Position numbers and translations under genes: made by a program. Shown piece after piece: positions 28,703-42,329 of a stretch of DNA of 64,000 bases. The notes beneath the pieces were generated by a model. That model had not been told where the DNA came from. It saw only the letters and a program-made list of their open reading frames with translations, and made no database searches. This DNA comes from Octopus vulgaris (taxonomy: Eukaryota): NCBI GenBank assembly GCA_951406725.2, contig OX597823.1:40734001-40798000 (forward strand), read 5' to 3'. Position 1 is the stretch's first letter, and each line of letters begins with the position of its first letter.

Positions 28703-30067
28703 GCACATATATATTCATGCATATATCCATAAAACAACATCCTTTCAAACGAATGATTGCTTGAATCCTTTCACACATGTACATTTCTCCTCGACGTTGC
28801 TGAAAGTAGCGGCACCAGATCGTCACGCCAACATTCACAAGCACCACCATTACCACCACCACCACCACCACCACCACCACCACCACCACCAACCACCACA
28901 ACCACCACCACCACCACCACCACCATATATATACATGTATATATATATAATATATGTATATTTATATTCTTAAATATAATATATATAGATACATAAGATA
29001 TATGTACATATATATAATATATAAATTTATGCAACTCAAATAATTAAGAAGGATTATCCGTCTACATAGTTTTTATTACAGTCATTTATACAATGTATTC
29101 TCATTAAACCTCTGCCTGACATATGTTTCTGCTGTATGGTTATGTTGTTTTGTGGTGTCCATTTGCATCCTATTGGTTCATCTATATCAAGACTTCATCC
29201 TGGTTAAAAACTTATCCATGCAGCTTTATTCAGGGTTTTACCATTATTAAATTCTGAAGCGAACTAGAGTATAAATGGTTTAGAGAGTGGTATATTTTTG
29301 GTAAAAGACAATTAGAGTTGAGTGCAAAAAATATGAAGTGTAGTTGTGAGAAATATGATATGGCTACTAAGTACCTTATCAGATTGACCCAAGTATGACC
29401 CCAACGTTTAGATGTAGAACCATGAATGCCAGGTATTAAACTGAGTCAGAATATATTTCATGCACTAGCCTTAAGCGATATAAATAGGAATAAATTCTGT
29501 GAGAGATGACTACAATAAAGGTCACTAATTCAAACAGAATTTAATGATATAAGACACACATAATTTACTTGTAAGAGACTAAGATCGGGAAGGGGGCAAA
29601 TACTTTACGTAAATTTTCTTTATCAAATTAGAAATATATAGCTTTTGTTGTAAATAGAGCACATGGAGCAATTAAGTATTTCAAATTTTGCCTTGTAACA
29701 AATTTAATCACTGTCGTTATATGATCATAAAACTATCAATTCGCAAGTTTACTACAAATCTCGGCTGCATTTTTCAGCTGGTGCAATGAGGGAAATAGGC
29801 GGGGCAACGTTGAAAGAAAAAATTGGTGAGGAGGGCTCTCATTGTAGTGCTGGGAGAAGGCAAAGAGCACATTATAAGCCTGAAAGAAATGAAGAGCACA
29901 TTGTGAGGTTTGCCAAGGATGCTCTATCCCTTGGTCGTAGTCTGCTGCCAAATATCAATACGTTTACAATTACGGTCTCCACAACAGTAATATATATCAA
30001 CTTCTAGAGCCAATACATATAGCTTAAAAGACCCAGTAGTAATAGTGTTAGTAATATTAGTAGTAGC

Positions 30068-30144
<77 letters not shown>

Positions 30145-30779
30145 TAGCAGCAGCAGCAGCAGGGTATATGAAATCAGTTTCAGGTTAACCTATCCCAGGG
30201 GATAGCTTAATTGATATTGCTACGTCGGATAGGACCGAGTAGCCTCTATGTGGGAAGGTGATCTGGTAGAAATAACAGCCAAATTACCCTAGTAGTAGAG
30301 TATTCCTCAAATCATAGTCCGCAGGTTAAAGAGAAGAAGGGCATATTAGAAAATGGAATCATTAATGAAGTACCGGCATACAAAACAGCAAGTTTATGGC
30401 TGGAATACTTTTTCATCATAGATCTGCCCAGCCAGAGCTGAGCTGAAATTAATCACCACCACTAACAACAATCTTTGAGAACAAGGCTGTCAAATCCCCC
30501 CTCCCCATTACTACAATATCGATCTCAATCATGATATTTCCACGGAAGCTACAAACAATAACACAGTCACATCTTATTCATGACCAACAAGAATTCAGAC
30601 GGTTCGCTATTTTATTATGGAAAATTATTGTTCGTCTGTCTGAGATTCTGCTTCCTGACCATCAGTCAGTTCGATTACATGTTAGCTTCCATTATCTCGT
30701 ATAGAATGGACATTATAATTGTTTATGTATAAACACATCCTCACATGTACTCAGCCTTCAAAAATATATATATTTATAT

Positions 30780-31015
30780 CTATTATTTGTGTTAGTCATG
30801 GGACTGCAGTCATACTAGAAGAATTTTAGTCGAAAAAATAAACCGCTGTATTTATTTTTAAATTGACGTATTCTATTCTATTCTACCTCTTCCATTTGTC
30901 GAACCGCTAAGTTATGGTGACGTTAAAAAAAATACGACCGGTTGTCATACGGAGGAGGTGTCAACAAATACACATAGTACACATACAATGACACACATAT
31001 TTACTCACAACAGGT
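30780..31015 (-). mobile_element. Degenerate SINE family D
   Basis: agtcatgggactgcagtcatact..gaaccgctaagttatggtgacgtt..ccggttgtca matches 17320-17475. Confidence 0.65.
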
Positions 31016-31718
31016 TTCAACACAGATCCCATTGCAAGATACAGTTTCAACAAATACCACACTTATATGTTTGATTTATGTAAAGTTATTTATGTGGTCT
31101 CTTCAACTGCTTGATATAGCAACCGATGCTTCTTCAAGCCATCCCTTCTAACTTAGATAACGTAGTCCAACGTATACTGGTCCTGAAATAAGAGTGTTTA
31201 TGGCTTCGTTCCCTTTGAAATTTGTCAGTTGTTGAGGCTAGACAACAACAACAACGGTATCACCACCACCCTTACCTCTACCACCAAACACAACAACAAC
31301 AAAGAAATTGCTTATGAAAAAATTGGAAAATCGAAATTAATGTACCTGAGTCAATAGTGTCACTCGTTACTGTTTTTAACTGAAGAACTTGGCTTTTTGA
31401 CAAAAGGCATGAATACAAATCTTGTATTAAGCAACAGATCTTATGAACGACAAGGCAAAAAGAGTAAATATTTTTGACAAACTCAAATACACTTTACTTT
31501 CTTTGATAATAGTGGCTGTCTTCAACATTGATACGTATTTCGTATTCCATACGTATTCTGCCTCATACATATATGATATAATATCCTGTCTGTCATTTTA
31601 ATCACAGTTGTAAGACGTTCCCTAATTTACAATCTAATATAGTTCTTCAATTTGTACGCACGCACACACGAGCACACACACAAACAATATGTATATATAT
31701 ATATGTGTATATATATGT

Positions 31719-31931
31719 ACCGGAGTAAACACATAAATGTGAAACAAGGTGGAAAAAAGAGTACTCAAATACCAGGGGTAGAGTAATATGCTTTATTTAA
31801 AAGCAGCAGAAATTCAACAAAACCTGTTACTCTGAGTTTCACGTTCCCGTTCGTCGGACAGTTTTTTTAACAAAAACTCTCCGACTCTCAGAGTAACAGG
31901 TTTTGTTGAATTTCTGCTGCTTTTAAATAAA

Positions 31932-31933
<2 letters not shown>
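31719..31933 (-). mobile_element. Fold-back PLE-type element in (TA)n carrying a hammerhead motif
   Basis: 46-bp perfect inverted arms at 31791-31836 and 31887-31932. Same family as 59127-59377. Confidence 0.8.
31824..31861 (-). ncRNA. Type I hammerhead ribozyme motif, CCGACGA core variant
   Basis: ctgt-CCGACGA-acg(ggaa)cgt-GAAAC-tcaga-GTA-acag; stems I, II and III all pair. Confidence 0.7.
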
Positions 31934-31976
<43 letters not shown>

Positions 31977-32277
31977 GTATATAATATATAAGTATGTCTA
32001 TATGGATTCGAATATATATATCTGTATAAATATATATATACGCTGATTTGTATCTATATTCCTATATGTGTGTATGTGTGTGTGTGAGAGAGAGTGTATA
32101 CATATACATGTTTATATATATTTATTTATGTTTGTACATATATATACTGCACCACCTCTCTTTCTATATATAAACAAATATATAATCTATCTATCTATCT
32201 ATAACTATATATATATTCATATACACAAATATATTCATGTATACACGTATCTCCTTAAATATATTTCCATATATGTA

Positions 32278-32308
<31 letters not shown>

Positions 32309-33803
32309 ATATTGTGACTGAATGAAGTCTCAACTTCGAATGATAAACTTGGGTGTTATTAATGCAACTAACCGTACATAAGAACTACATATGCACACAC
32401 GCGTGCGCACCCCACCCCCATATATTGAATGGCTAAATCGATAATGTACTGTGAAGATCAATTCTCTTAAAAAGTGAAAAGTCACGAAGAATCCTATTTC
32501 GCTCTCGGTGTTAGAATGTTGAAAATCCTATCTATTATCTATGAGAGAAGTGAAAGTGTTAATTGTTCTCAAAGTTTAGTAAATGGTGTACAGAAACTAG
32601 TTCCAGTTAAAAATAGACCAATCCTAGCAGCCTACACATTTAAAGATGAGCACAATTACTGTTCCACTCACGCACATTTGCACGGGTTCCATGAATAGAA
32701 ACATTATCTAATAAATACATGACAGTATAAACTTTCTCAACAACATAGATACTAGCAGCAGAGATTGAACAATGCGCACGCGCGCACACACACACGCAAG
32801 CCCACACACACACCCACTCACACACGCACTCACGCTCACATATGACTTATATCAATGTCGCGTCGTAAGAAATGTGTTTACATTCTTTAGCGATTACTGA
32901 CGTATAATGACACGACTCAAAGACGGGTATTCATTGTTGAAATCAGGAATTATTTCATTTATTATTGACTGCTGAATTGTTAAGAAATATCAAGTGCGAT
33001 CTCGATTGGAGCACTGCTTGAATCACTTTGTTACTGGTACAACATCGTCTTAAATAAAAAAAAACATTCCAACAGACTAACGCAAAGATCCACTCATCTA
33101 CAAGGTTATATAAGAAGCTTTGACATTGGCATAGCTATTTAGGCGCCGTCTGTTTGGTGTCACTTATTTGACACTGGCTTATTTTATATCAAACTTTTTG
33201 ACGCTTCTGTCTTGTCATGGAAAAAAAAAAAACTGTTTATGTCAATTGTGTTCAATTAATAAATTGTTTACTTTCTCTTTTCCACAATATCTGTATATGT
33301 GTGTTCCTGTGCCTATGCATTTGTGTGTATGGTTACCTCCAGCGCCAAAGCATAGTCAGCAATGCAGCTGGAATGTTGAATCAGTCGTTTTAAATTGAGA
33401 GCGCCGAATCAGCAGCGCCATCCTCTCTCATTACTCATCTACTAAATTTGTTTGTTCTCAAGCATTTCTAATGTAATACCTATTGCCCTGTACCAGCACA
33501 CTCTTTACATCTTTCATCTAAATTTACTCGATACACATATTTTCTCTCGTCATCAGTAGAGTGTATCGTACATAGACAGACAAAACTAGATACTTTTCAA
33601 TTGTATCTTAGTAAAAGTATATATACCGTAGAAAAGCATGATACTGTGGTTTGTGTCTGAAAAAATATTTCTTCAGAGACACATATTAAAAACGCTACAC
33701 CGGAGGCGAATATAGCCGCGGCAGTGACTCACAGCAATTCAAGTTAACGTATTATTCACCGTTTCCAATATATCAAAGTAGAAATTTTATCTTCGCAAGT
33801 GAC

Positions 33804-33946
33804 AAACAGGTGCGTGGCATTGAGAAACCTCAAGTAGGGTAAAACGCGCCTGTTGTTCTTGTAACTCGCTGCTGCGACCATATCCGCCACAAGAACAACA
33901 GGCTCGTTTACCCTACTTGAGGTTTCTCACTGCCATTCACCTGTTT
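33804..33946. repeat. Long inverted repeat/hairpin (about 59-bp arms, 26-nt loop)
   Basis: 33804-33862 against 33889-33946, with about 4 mismatches and 1 indel. Confidence 0.9.
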
Positions 33947-34067
33947 TTAGCACACAATGTTTATGAAGGGAATTTGTCTCAGACAAAGATCACTGCATGG
34001 GTGTTATGGTTTCTCTGACTATTGCACATTTGTTAATCGAACTTTCAGATATATGGATAATCTAGAA

Positions 34068-34127
34068 AATTTATATTAAAGTTTAATCTTGTAAATTTAT
34101 ATTAAAGTTTAATCTTGTAAATTTATC
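34068..34127. repeat. 26-bp tandem duplication (aaatttatattaaagtttaatcttgt), about 2.3 copies
   Basis: Read directly. Confidence 0.9.
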
Positions 34128-34593
34128 ATTATCGTTATAACATGAAAAATATGGTGACTGAGTCTCTTCGATAAATAATGACTCGGAGAAAATGAACACA
34201 GGAACACTAATGGAATCAAACTATGAAACAAAGTAAAGAATATCTACGAGATTCTCTAAATTAGAAGTATTTGTGAACTCCAGCATACAACCAAAAGAAA
34301 TACAAATATTTTTCGTTAAAATTTCTTAGCAGACGAGAAAGGACAAACAGCGACCACACATATGTGTTTTATTTCTTCATTTTGGTTTTTCGTATTTTTA
34401 TGGACTTTATTGAAGCAGCAATATATTGAAACTTTCCTACCTAACTTCCTCTTAGTATCTTTCCACGTTTTCACTTTCTATCTATTTATCTTATTTACTA
34501 CATTAGTAATTTTCTGTTCATTGCTTTTGGGACTGAAATTATCTTTTATCAACCCGACTATTGTCCATGTTATCTTCCTCTATCAGCCCACAA

Positions 34594-34625
<32 letters not shown>

Positions 34626-34734
34626 TTTTATTCTCTTTTCTTCTTCGTTTCACTTTACTTTCCTTTAATTACTCTTTCCTACTCTTTTGTAAAGACATAC
34701 ATCGAAACACAACACATCGCACTCTTACACACAG

Positions 34735-34765
<31 letters not shown>

Positions 34766-34901
34766 AACAAACCAACAAACACACACACATACATAGTGGG
34801 AATGGGAGAAGGAAGATTTTCTGTCTCTCTGAAATAGACACAACTATATAACTACGTATATGCCTAAAATGTACTAACGTAACAAACTCGGGTGGTGTCA
34901 C

Positions 34902-34938
<37 letters not shown>

Positions 34939-35077
34939 CGTGTATGTGTGCATGCGTGTGTGTGTGTACGTGCGTGGGCGTGTGTGTATGCATACATAGA
35001 CATATATATATATATCTGTGTATATTATACATTATATATATACACATGTATATGTGTGTGTGTGCGTGTGTGATGCA

Positions 35078-35131
<54 letters not shown>

Positions 35132-35571
35132 TATATATATATACAGAGAGAGAGGGAGAAAGAGAGAGAGGGTGAGAAAGACTTAGACACATAGATAGAC
35201 AGAAAGATAGAAGCGAACATTCCTTACATACTCATATAGCGGCATACTCTTGGACATGATCACAACCTCGCACATAAATATCTATAGCCAACCCTTGACA
35301 GACATAAACCAGACGTAAACAGACTGAAACAGTCAATGATACGTCTTCTCTCGTTTTCCGCCTTTTATTCTGTCATCCTCTCTCTCTCTCTCTTTCCCTT
35401 TCTCTATTTCTGTCTTTCTTCGTCTCTACACTAATCTTCTCTTTAACCCCTCACATACTCACCGTGAATAACTAGTAGCCGTAATTCTTAGTACAGAAAG
35501 TACTCATAGACATACATACACACACTAACACACGCATACACCTATGTGTGTATGTATGTATGCATATGCAC

Positions 35572-35609
<38 letters not shown>

Positions 35610-35622
35610 GTGTGTATGTATT

Positions 35623-35679
<57 letters not shown>

Positions 35680-35843
35680 TTATGTATATATATATATATA
35701 TATATAAATATATATATGCATATATGTATGTATGCCATATAATTGCTTAATATACTTTTATCATGCTTACTTCAATAAGTCTTTTGATTTACCAAGTACA
35801 TCGTCAGTTTTTTTTATTACACTCCTTTTATATTTATATTGCT

Positions 35844-35948
<105 letters not shown>

Positions 35949-36379
35949 ATCTATTTTTCCACATACTCATTCTCTGTCTCTTTTCTCTCTTCACTCTCAT
36001 GTCTACCCACCTTTTCATTTTCTCGACATTAAATCTGCTCTTTTACAGACCGGTTAATTTTTATGCTATCTTTTTATCTTCTGTCTCTTCTGAAATCTAT
36101 AGGTCTTTGCGTTTGAGGGTAACTTTTGTTTTGCAGTTCTTTGTCACTTGTATTTCAGACTATGCGTATATATGTGTGAGAATGTCTTTAGTAATATCTG
36201 TGTGTGTTTATAGAGTCTATATGTAGTACATGTGAGTATTTATAGAGTTTGTAAAGTATAAATGTACGTCTGAGCTTATTTCTTTCCTTATACATGAAGC
36301 ACATTTCAGTATGTTAGTAGAAAAAATTCAAAAACAATTTACATCCATTTAGGATCAACTCTTCGCTATAATTAATCTC

Positions 36380-36434
<55 letters not shown>

Positions 36435-36635
36435 GGGTAGCAAGGTGGCAAAATCCTTAGCACGCTGGGCAAAATGCATAACGGTATTTCGCCTGACTTT
36501 AAGATCTGAGTCGACTTTACCTTCCATCCGTTCGGGGATCGGTGAAATAAATAGTATTGAAACACCGTAGTCAATGTAATCGACTTACACTTTCCCACGA
36601 ACTTACTGGCCATGAGCCAAAAGTTGAAACCATTA
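36435..36635 (+). mobile_element. SINE family A
   Basis: ggtggcaaaatccttagcacgctgggcaaaatgc..gtcgactttaccttccatccgttcgggg; preceded by (TTA)n. Confidence 0.8.
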
Positions 36636-36723
36636 TTGTTGTCGTTGATGTGTACAAATTTCACGATTTTTTCGTTTTCTCTACCATTTGATATAATGCT
36701 CTGCTGGTCAAGCTAGTTCGATC

Positions 36724-36997
<274 letters not shown>

Positions 36998-38150
36998 TCC
37001 AGGTTAGTATGCTTTGTGTATCTCTTTATCTTCGCGTTTGATCGTATCGCCTTCGTCCAGAATTGAGTGTAACGTCTACGTTCGGCTAATTCCAGCCTCT
37101 TCTTTGCAGTGAAATAAGATTATATTGTATAAAATAAGGTTAAGCGGTTAAGTAAGAAGTTTAGAAGAAAACAACAGTATGCCATAACAAAGAGCCTTAA
37201 TCAGCAACGAGTCCTTAGGCTAAACTATTATTAGATGATGTGTCTTTTGAGTTGCTTTAAAGAACTATAAATTTGAGTACATTTTTGAAATTAACAATTT
37301 AGTGGTCTAAGCAAATACTTTAAAACAGATTAAAGAATTAAAAAATAAAAATTTCACCTAGGAAAGTTTCAGAAATTCTGTCGAATACATTCTGGATGCT
37401 TCCGAATAAATATCTCAAAGTGCTTTCTAAATGTTCAGATAAAAAAGAACATTCTCGTTTATACGACGTTTTCAACAGAATCTAGAGTTAACTGATCTAG
37501 TCTATAAGATTCAATGCCAATAGCATTAGACACTTTACTGAATTCATGCTATAACTATCTTCTCTAACACCGGTTGATAAACAACTTCTGGTGTGAGCGT
37601 GGCCAGCACAAATACAAATACACACATGCACACACATGCATATATTACCATTATTATTCGGTAGAATATACAGAGTAACCTAAAGGGTTATCAAACATTC
37701 AATGTACGAAACTCTAGGTCCTTGAGTCACTCTGTACGTCTGCCTATTAATAATATTAAAGCATATAAACTCATGCTTTGAGTTCTCTTTTCCTGTTTGT
37801 ATGGTCAATTGCCAAGAAGATACACAACTAGAGACTGCAACAGCGTGAGTTTCAAGCGCCCACAACTTTTAAATATCTTCCTGGGGCCAATGTAGGTGTA
37901 TTTACAACAAAACTGGATTTTTTCCTGTCGAGATGTTCCGGACGAGTCTACCTCGTGGCAGAAAAGGCAAACAAGGGTAGCAACATCAGACTCTGTTATT
38001 CACCAAGTTCCACATTTCAGAGGCGGTTTTCAAGTAACGGTAGTGTAACAAAACTAGCGGCAATACTCCAACATAATCGTAGCTTTCAAACTAAAACTGG
38101 TAAAAGGGTGTGTGTGTATGTATATATGTGTATGAGTCTGTATATATGTA

Positions 38151-38225
<75 letters not shown>

Positions 38226-38232
38226 TTATATC

Positions 38233-40168
38233 TGTGTTATGTCTTTTCGTCCGACATCACTTCAGGCGTCTTTTCGTCCACGTCTTTTTGTCCGACATCT
38301 TTTTGTCCAATGACTTTTTGTCCGGCGACTTTTCGTCCAATTTTAAATGAACTCTTTAGAAAACAACGTGAAATATCTGTAATGATATATTCACAAAACT
38401 ATAACAAGCCCCGTTATAGGATTGTTATTATCGTTCTTTTTCCTTCTCTGTTAGCAATTTTACTTTCTATTTTTCCTTCTCTCTCTTAAGTATGGTGTTG
38501 TGTATAGAGAGTGCTGCAAATTTAGTCTACATATTTTTTAAATTTACTCATCCTGAAAAGAAAAAAGTTCATAGTGACGACCAAAAACAAAAGAAAAGAA
38601 GTTGATGAAAATAATTACATCTACGATTCTCATTCAAGCAATACAAAAGTAGGAAAAGAATACTGAAGATGTGAGAAAAGAAGGCTGTGTTCAGTGCGGT
38701 AAACAATGAGCTGAAAATTATCTATTTTCCTAGTGAGCACCTTCATTCACCTGATGTAGATTCGTTAAATGCTGGAAAAACAGTTGCAGAAATAAAGCAT
38801 GAAGCAGTGGAAAAGCAGCAAGTTCGCATAACATAATAGCGGCTAAGTTTACGCAGCTAACAGAAAATACTTGCTCCCAACTTCCACATTTGCCTATACT
38901 TTCAAGGACTATTCAAACGTGCCAACAAAAAAGGTCTGAATTTCCCGCTAATTTACGAACTAGAATTGGTTTTGAAATACCTGAAAAGTATAGTAAACTT
39001 GATAATGGGGAACAGTTTCTGAGATGCGAATCGGGTATCTAGGATCAACAGCGCATACAAGTATTTGCATCAGAAAGTACTCTTCTGGATATAGCATCAA
39101 ATCGTCTTTAGGTATGTGATAGAACGTTCAAAATTGTGCCTGAACAGTGGTCTCGACTGTTTAGCATTCATGTACAACTTAAAGGTAGTCGTTTCCCACG
39201 GGTCTTTGCATTCTTGCCAGATAAAACAAAGTAGGCATACGAATAATTTTTCGAGCAATTAAAGATTATGCAACCTAATGCATATCCACTTGATCACATG
39301 GCAGGTTTCGAGTTGCAGTTCATAAGACATTTAATTCATTGTTTCTTAATTCATCTATCGTGGCATGTTTGTTTCATTTGAGCCAGTCAGTATTTCTAAA
39401 AATTACAGATTTAGGCCTGAAAGAAAAATACAATGAAGACTCTGAATTCTGTCTTAAAATTCGATGGTTTTCATCATTAGCCTTCCTATCTGTTGAAGAT
39501 GTCGAATCGAAGGAGTCTACGAAGAATTAATAGACAATGAAGAAATACCTGCTGAATTCATTGCTTCCATAGGCGTTGTGAATGGACGTGGTGTTAGACG
39601 AAGGAGAGAACCACCTGCGTTCCCGAAAGCTATATGCAATGTTAATCAGCGTATTCTTCAAGATCTTCCTATAAATAATAATGCTGCGGAGGGTTTTCAC
39701 TCTGGGATAAAGCGTTCGGTGTGTGGAGTACATTTGAATATATGGAAATTAATCAAAACTCTAAAGGAAGAGGAAAGGGTTCCTTCAAGATAAAATAACT
39801 CAAATTATTCTAGGAGATCCGTCAAATTCATGTACACGATATCGAAGAATAACTTGACGCCTCAAAAGATTGGTCATTGAATGTGGATCAACGAGAAAAA
39901 TCGATTTTTGAAGAGTGTGACATATAATTTGCACACTATATCATTATTTATATCTTAATACTTATTACAAAAGCCTTTTTTTAAAATACATTTTCCCACA
40001 GTATTTTCCTTGAAACCTATCAATAAAATTCTCAATGATTATTTGATTTTGAGGTTCACCTTGTTTTCTGAAGAGTTTATTCAAAATTGGACAAAAAGTC
40101 GTTGGACAAAAAAACCATCGAACAAAAAGACGTGGACGAAGTGACATCGGACAAAAAGTCGAGTCACG
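38233..40168 (+). mobile_element. Mutator-like (MULE) DNA transposon, full length and decayed
   Basis: About 135-bp imperfect TIRs built of ttttgtcc subrepeats (38233-38372 and 40035-40168). Candidate 9-bp TSD ctttatatc / tgttatatc (7 of 9 match). Confidence 0.85.
38555..39935 (+). pseudogene. MULE transposase pseudogene with N-terminal FLYWCH-type zinc finger
   Basis: Peptides NNYIY..EY*RCEKRRLC..HLH; CDRTFKIVPEQWSRLFSIH..FAFLPDKT; ACLFHLSQSV..LAFL; PINNNAAEGFHSGI..NIWKLIKTLKEE. Stops and frameshifts present. Confidence 0.85.
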
Positions 40169-40200
40169 TGTTATATCAATCTCTCTCTCTCCCTCTCTCT

Positions 40201-40258
<58 letters not shown>

Positions 40259-40286
40259 GTCTGTCTGTCTATCTATCTATCATCTC

Positions 40287-40403
<117 letters not shown>

Positions 40404-41334
40404 ACACACACACCTATGTCTTTGTATATATGGTAGAAGGAAACGTTATTCTTAATAGATTTACAAAAACTACAGCAATGATTACGAATTGCTTATCTTA
40501 GAAGATTAACAAAATCTCAAGGGATTTCAATAAACAGCTACTTATCTCTGGGGGATTCTGATATTAGTAAGCATTAATCGTCAAACCTCATCATCATCAT
40601 CATCATCATCATAGATGGGCGTCACAAAAACATTGTCATTTCTCAATCTTGTTTTTATACGCATGTAAGAAAATAGTTTTCAGTACAAAAAGGAAACCTC
40701 ATTGGAATCGGCTAATAATTGACGAATGGCGAAAACATATAATTTACCGTGTCGTTATTATTTAATGCAATTTTCGTGAGAAAGCCAAGCAGATATTTTT
40801 CTCTCCAAATATTGAACGTGAAATACGCATTGGTAATCTATGAAGCAGAACTAATTAAAAGAGCAAAAGTATTCTTGTTACTGTGTGTACTCGCAACCTT
40901 TGCTAGTGAAGAAGGTTGCTTGAACCGAAAGACATCAAAAGCATGAGTTGTTAAAAAGCTGAACGAACCCAGCTTTGGGTCAGCAAATATCAAGCAATAC
41001 TGCTTGAGATTACAAAAATACGTGCGATAAACGAGCTCCCAGTTAGGCCAGTCTCACACTGAGAGACTTCTTAGTTGTAGTTACCTAAAGTGCTTTCCCA
41101 GAATCTTGAATGCATCTTATTCGGAGCTAGACACTGATTGGTGACTCTAGCATATATGACTATAGGTGTTTTAGGGCACGATGAATTTGTAAGGCGAAGT
41201 GATGTGAATTGTTACATGTCCTCCGACTGTTTTATTGTTTTGTGTGATTCTTCCATTCTGACAATATTCTTGTGATTAGAAGGTACGATGAGATAAAGCT
41301 ATATCACATTCATATATCTCAAAATGTGACCGCG

Positions 41335-41530
41335 TGTGTACCGTTGACGATTATTTTTACCTCTGTCTTCCCTTCTCTGGATCTTTCCTTCTCCTATGTT
41401 TCTGACGAAGAGCTCCGCTCGAAACGTTAAACCCTCCTTCTTTCCTGAGCTTCCAATAATACTATATTTGTTCCACGTCTTCGCGTTGTTGTGTTTTTTT
41501 TTTGTGCTTTCTTGTTTGGATTAACTTTGT
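41335..41530 (+). mobile_element. Short PLE-type terminal-repeat element carrying a minimal hammerhead
   Basis: Homologous (as reverse complement) to 17760-17912 and 57250-57445; ends in TA-rich sequence. Confidence 0.7.
41398..41432 (+). ncRNA. Minimal type I hammerhead ribozyme motif (dimer type)
   Basis: gttt-CTGACGA-a-gagc(tcc)gctc-GAAAC-GTT-aaac. Stem III is reduced to the palindrome ACGT. Confidence 0.75.
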
Positions 41531-41614
41531 ATGTATACATATATCTCTACGCATAACTATATACACATACACAAAAATATTTAAACATTTGTACAAATAT
41601 ATGTAAACACACAC

Positions 41615-41666
<52 letters not shown>

Positions 41667-41996
41667 ACGCATGTACACACGCTTCACGCGAACAGACACG
41701 ACATATATCTGTTTCCATCTAGAACCCTACTGTGCCATACTCGCACAACTATGAAACTTGCCAAAATATATTTTGATTAATTGTTATATTGTTTTTTTAA
41801 TTGCTTGTTGGAATCGGGTGACAGGCTAAGTCTACTGGTCATAGTTGGCTGGCTGGGTGCCCGGTTCAGAAAGCGAGAGGAAAGGAGAGAAGAGGGTAGA
41901 CATACAAACAAAGAGGAAATTTGTGGTAATCTGCAGTTCCTCCGAATTTAAAAATAAATCTGAGAAGAATTTAAACCACTGTTCGGTAATACTGAT

Positions 41997-42315
41997 TTTA
42001 AATTTTGGCACAAGGGCAGCAAATTCGGTTGTGGAGTTAAGTCAATTACCTCAACGCCAGTGTTCAAATGGTACTAATTTTATCGACCCCGAAAGGATGA
42101 AAGGCAAAGACGACCCAGGTGGCATTTGAACTCAGAACGTAAAGACAATGACATGCTGCTAAGCATATTGTTCGGTGCATTAACAATTCTACCAGCTCGT
42201 CGCCTTAAAAAAGATTGTAATGATACTAAATTGTTATGGCGGTGATTTGACACAATGGTTACCGTGCTGGAAAAAAGCTTAGCGGCATTTCTTCCGACTT
42301 TACGTCCTTAGTTGA
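41997..42315. mobile_element. SINE family A on - (41997-42207) plus a head fragment on + (42237-42315)
   Basis: ttttggcacaagg..ttttatcgaccccgaaaggatgaaaggcaaag..atttgaactcagaacg..accagctcgtcgcc. Confidence 0.8.
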
Positions 42316-42329
42316 AATGCCCCCGTTGT

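Noticed and set aside
29772-30007. Possible host exon (ttttcag acceptor, GTGAGG donor, 73-aa ORF)
   Set aside because: No recognisable protein similarity and no supporting neighbouring exons.
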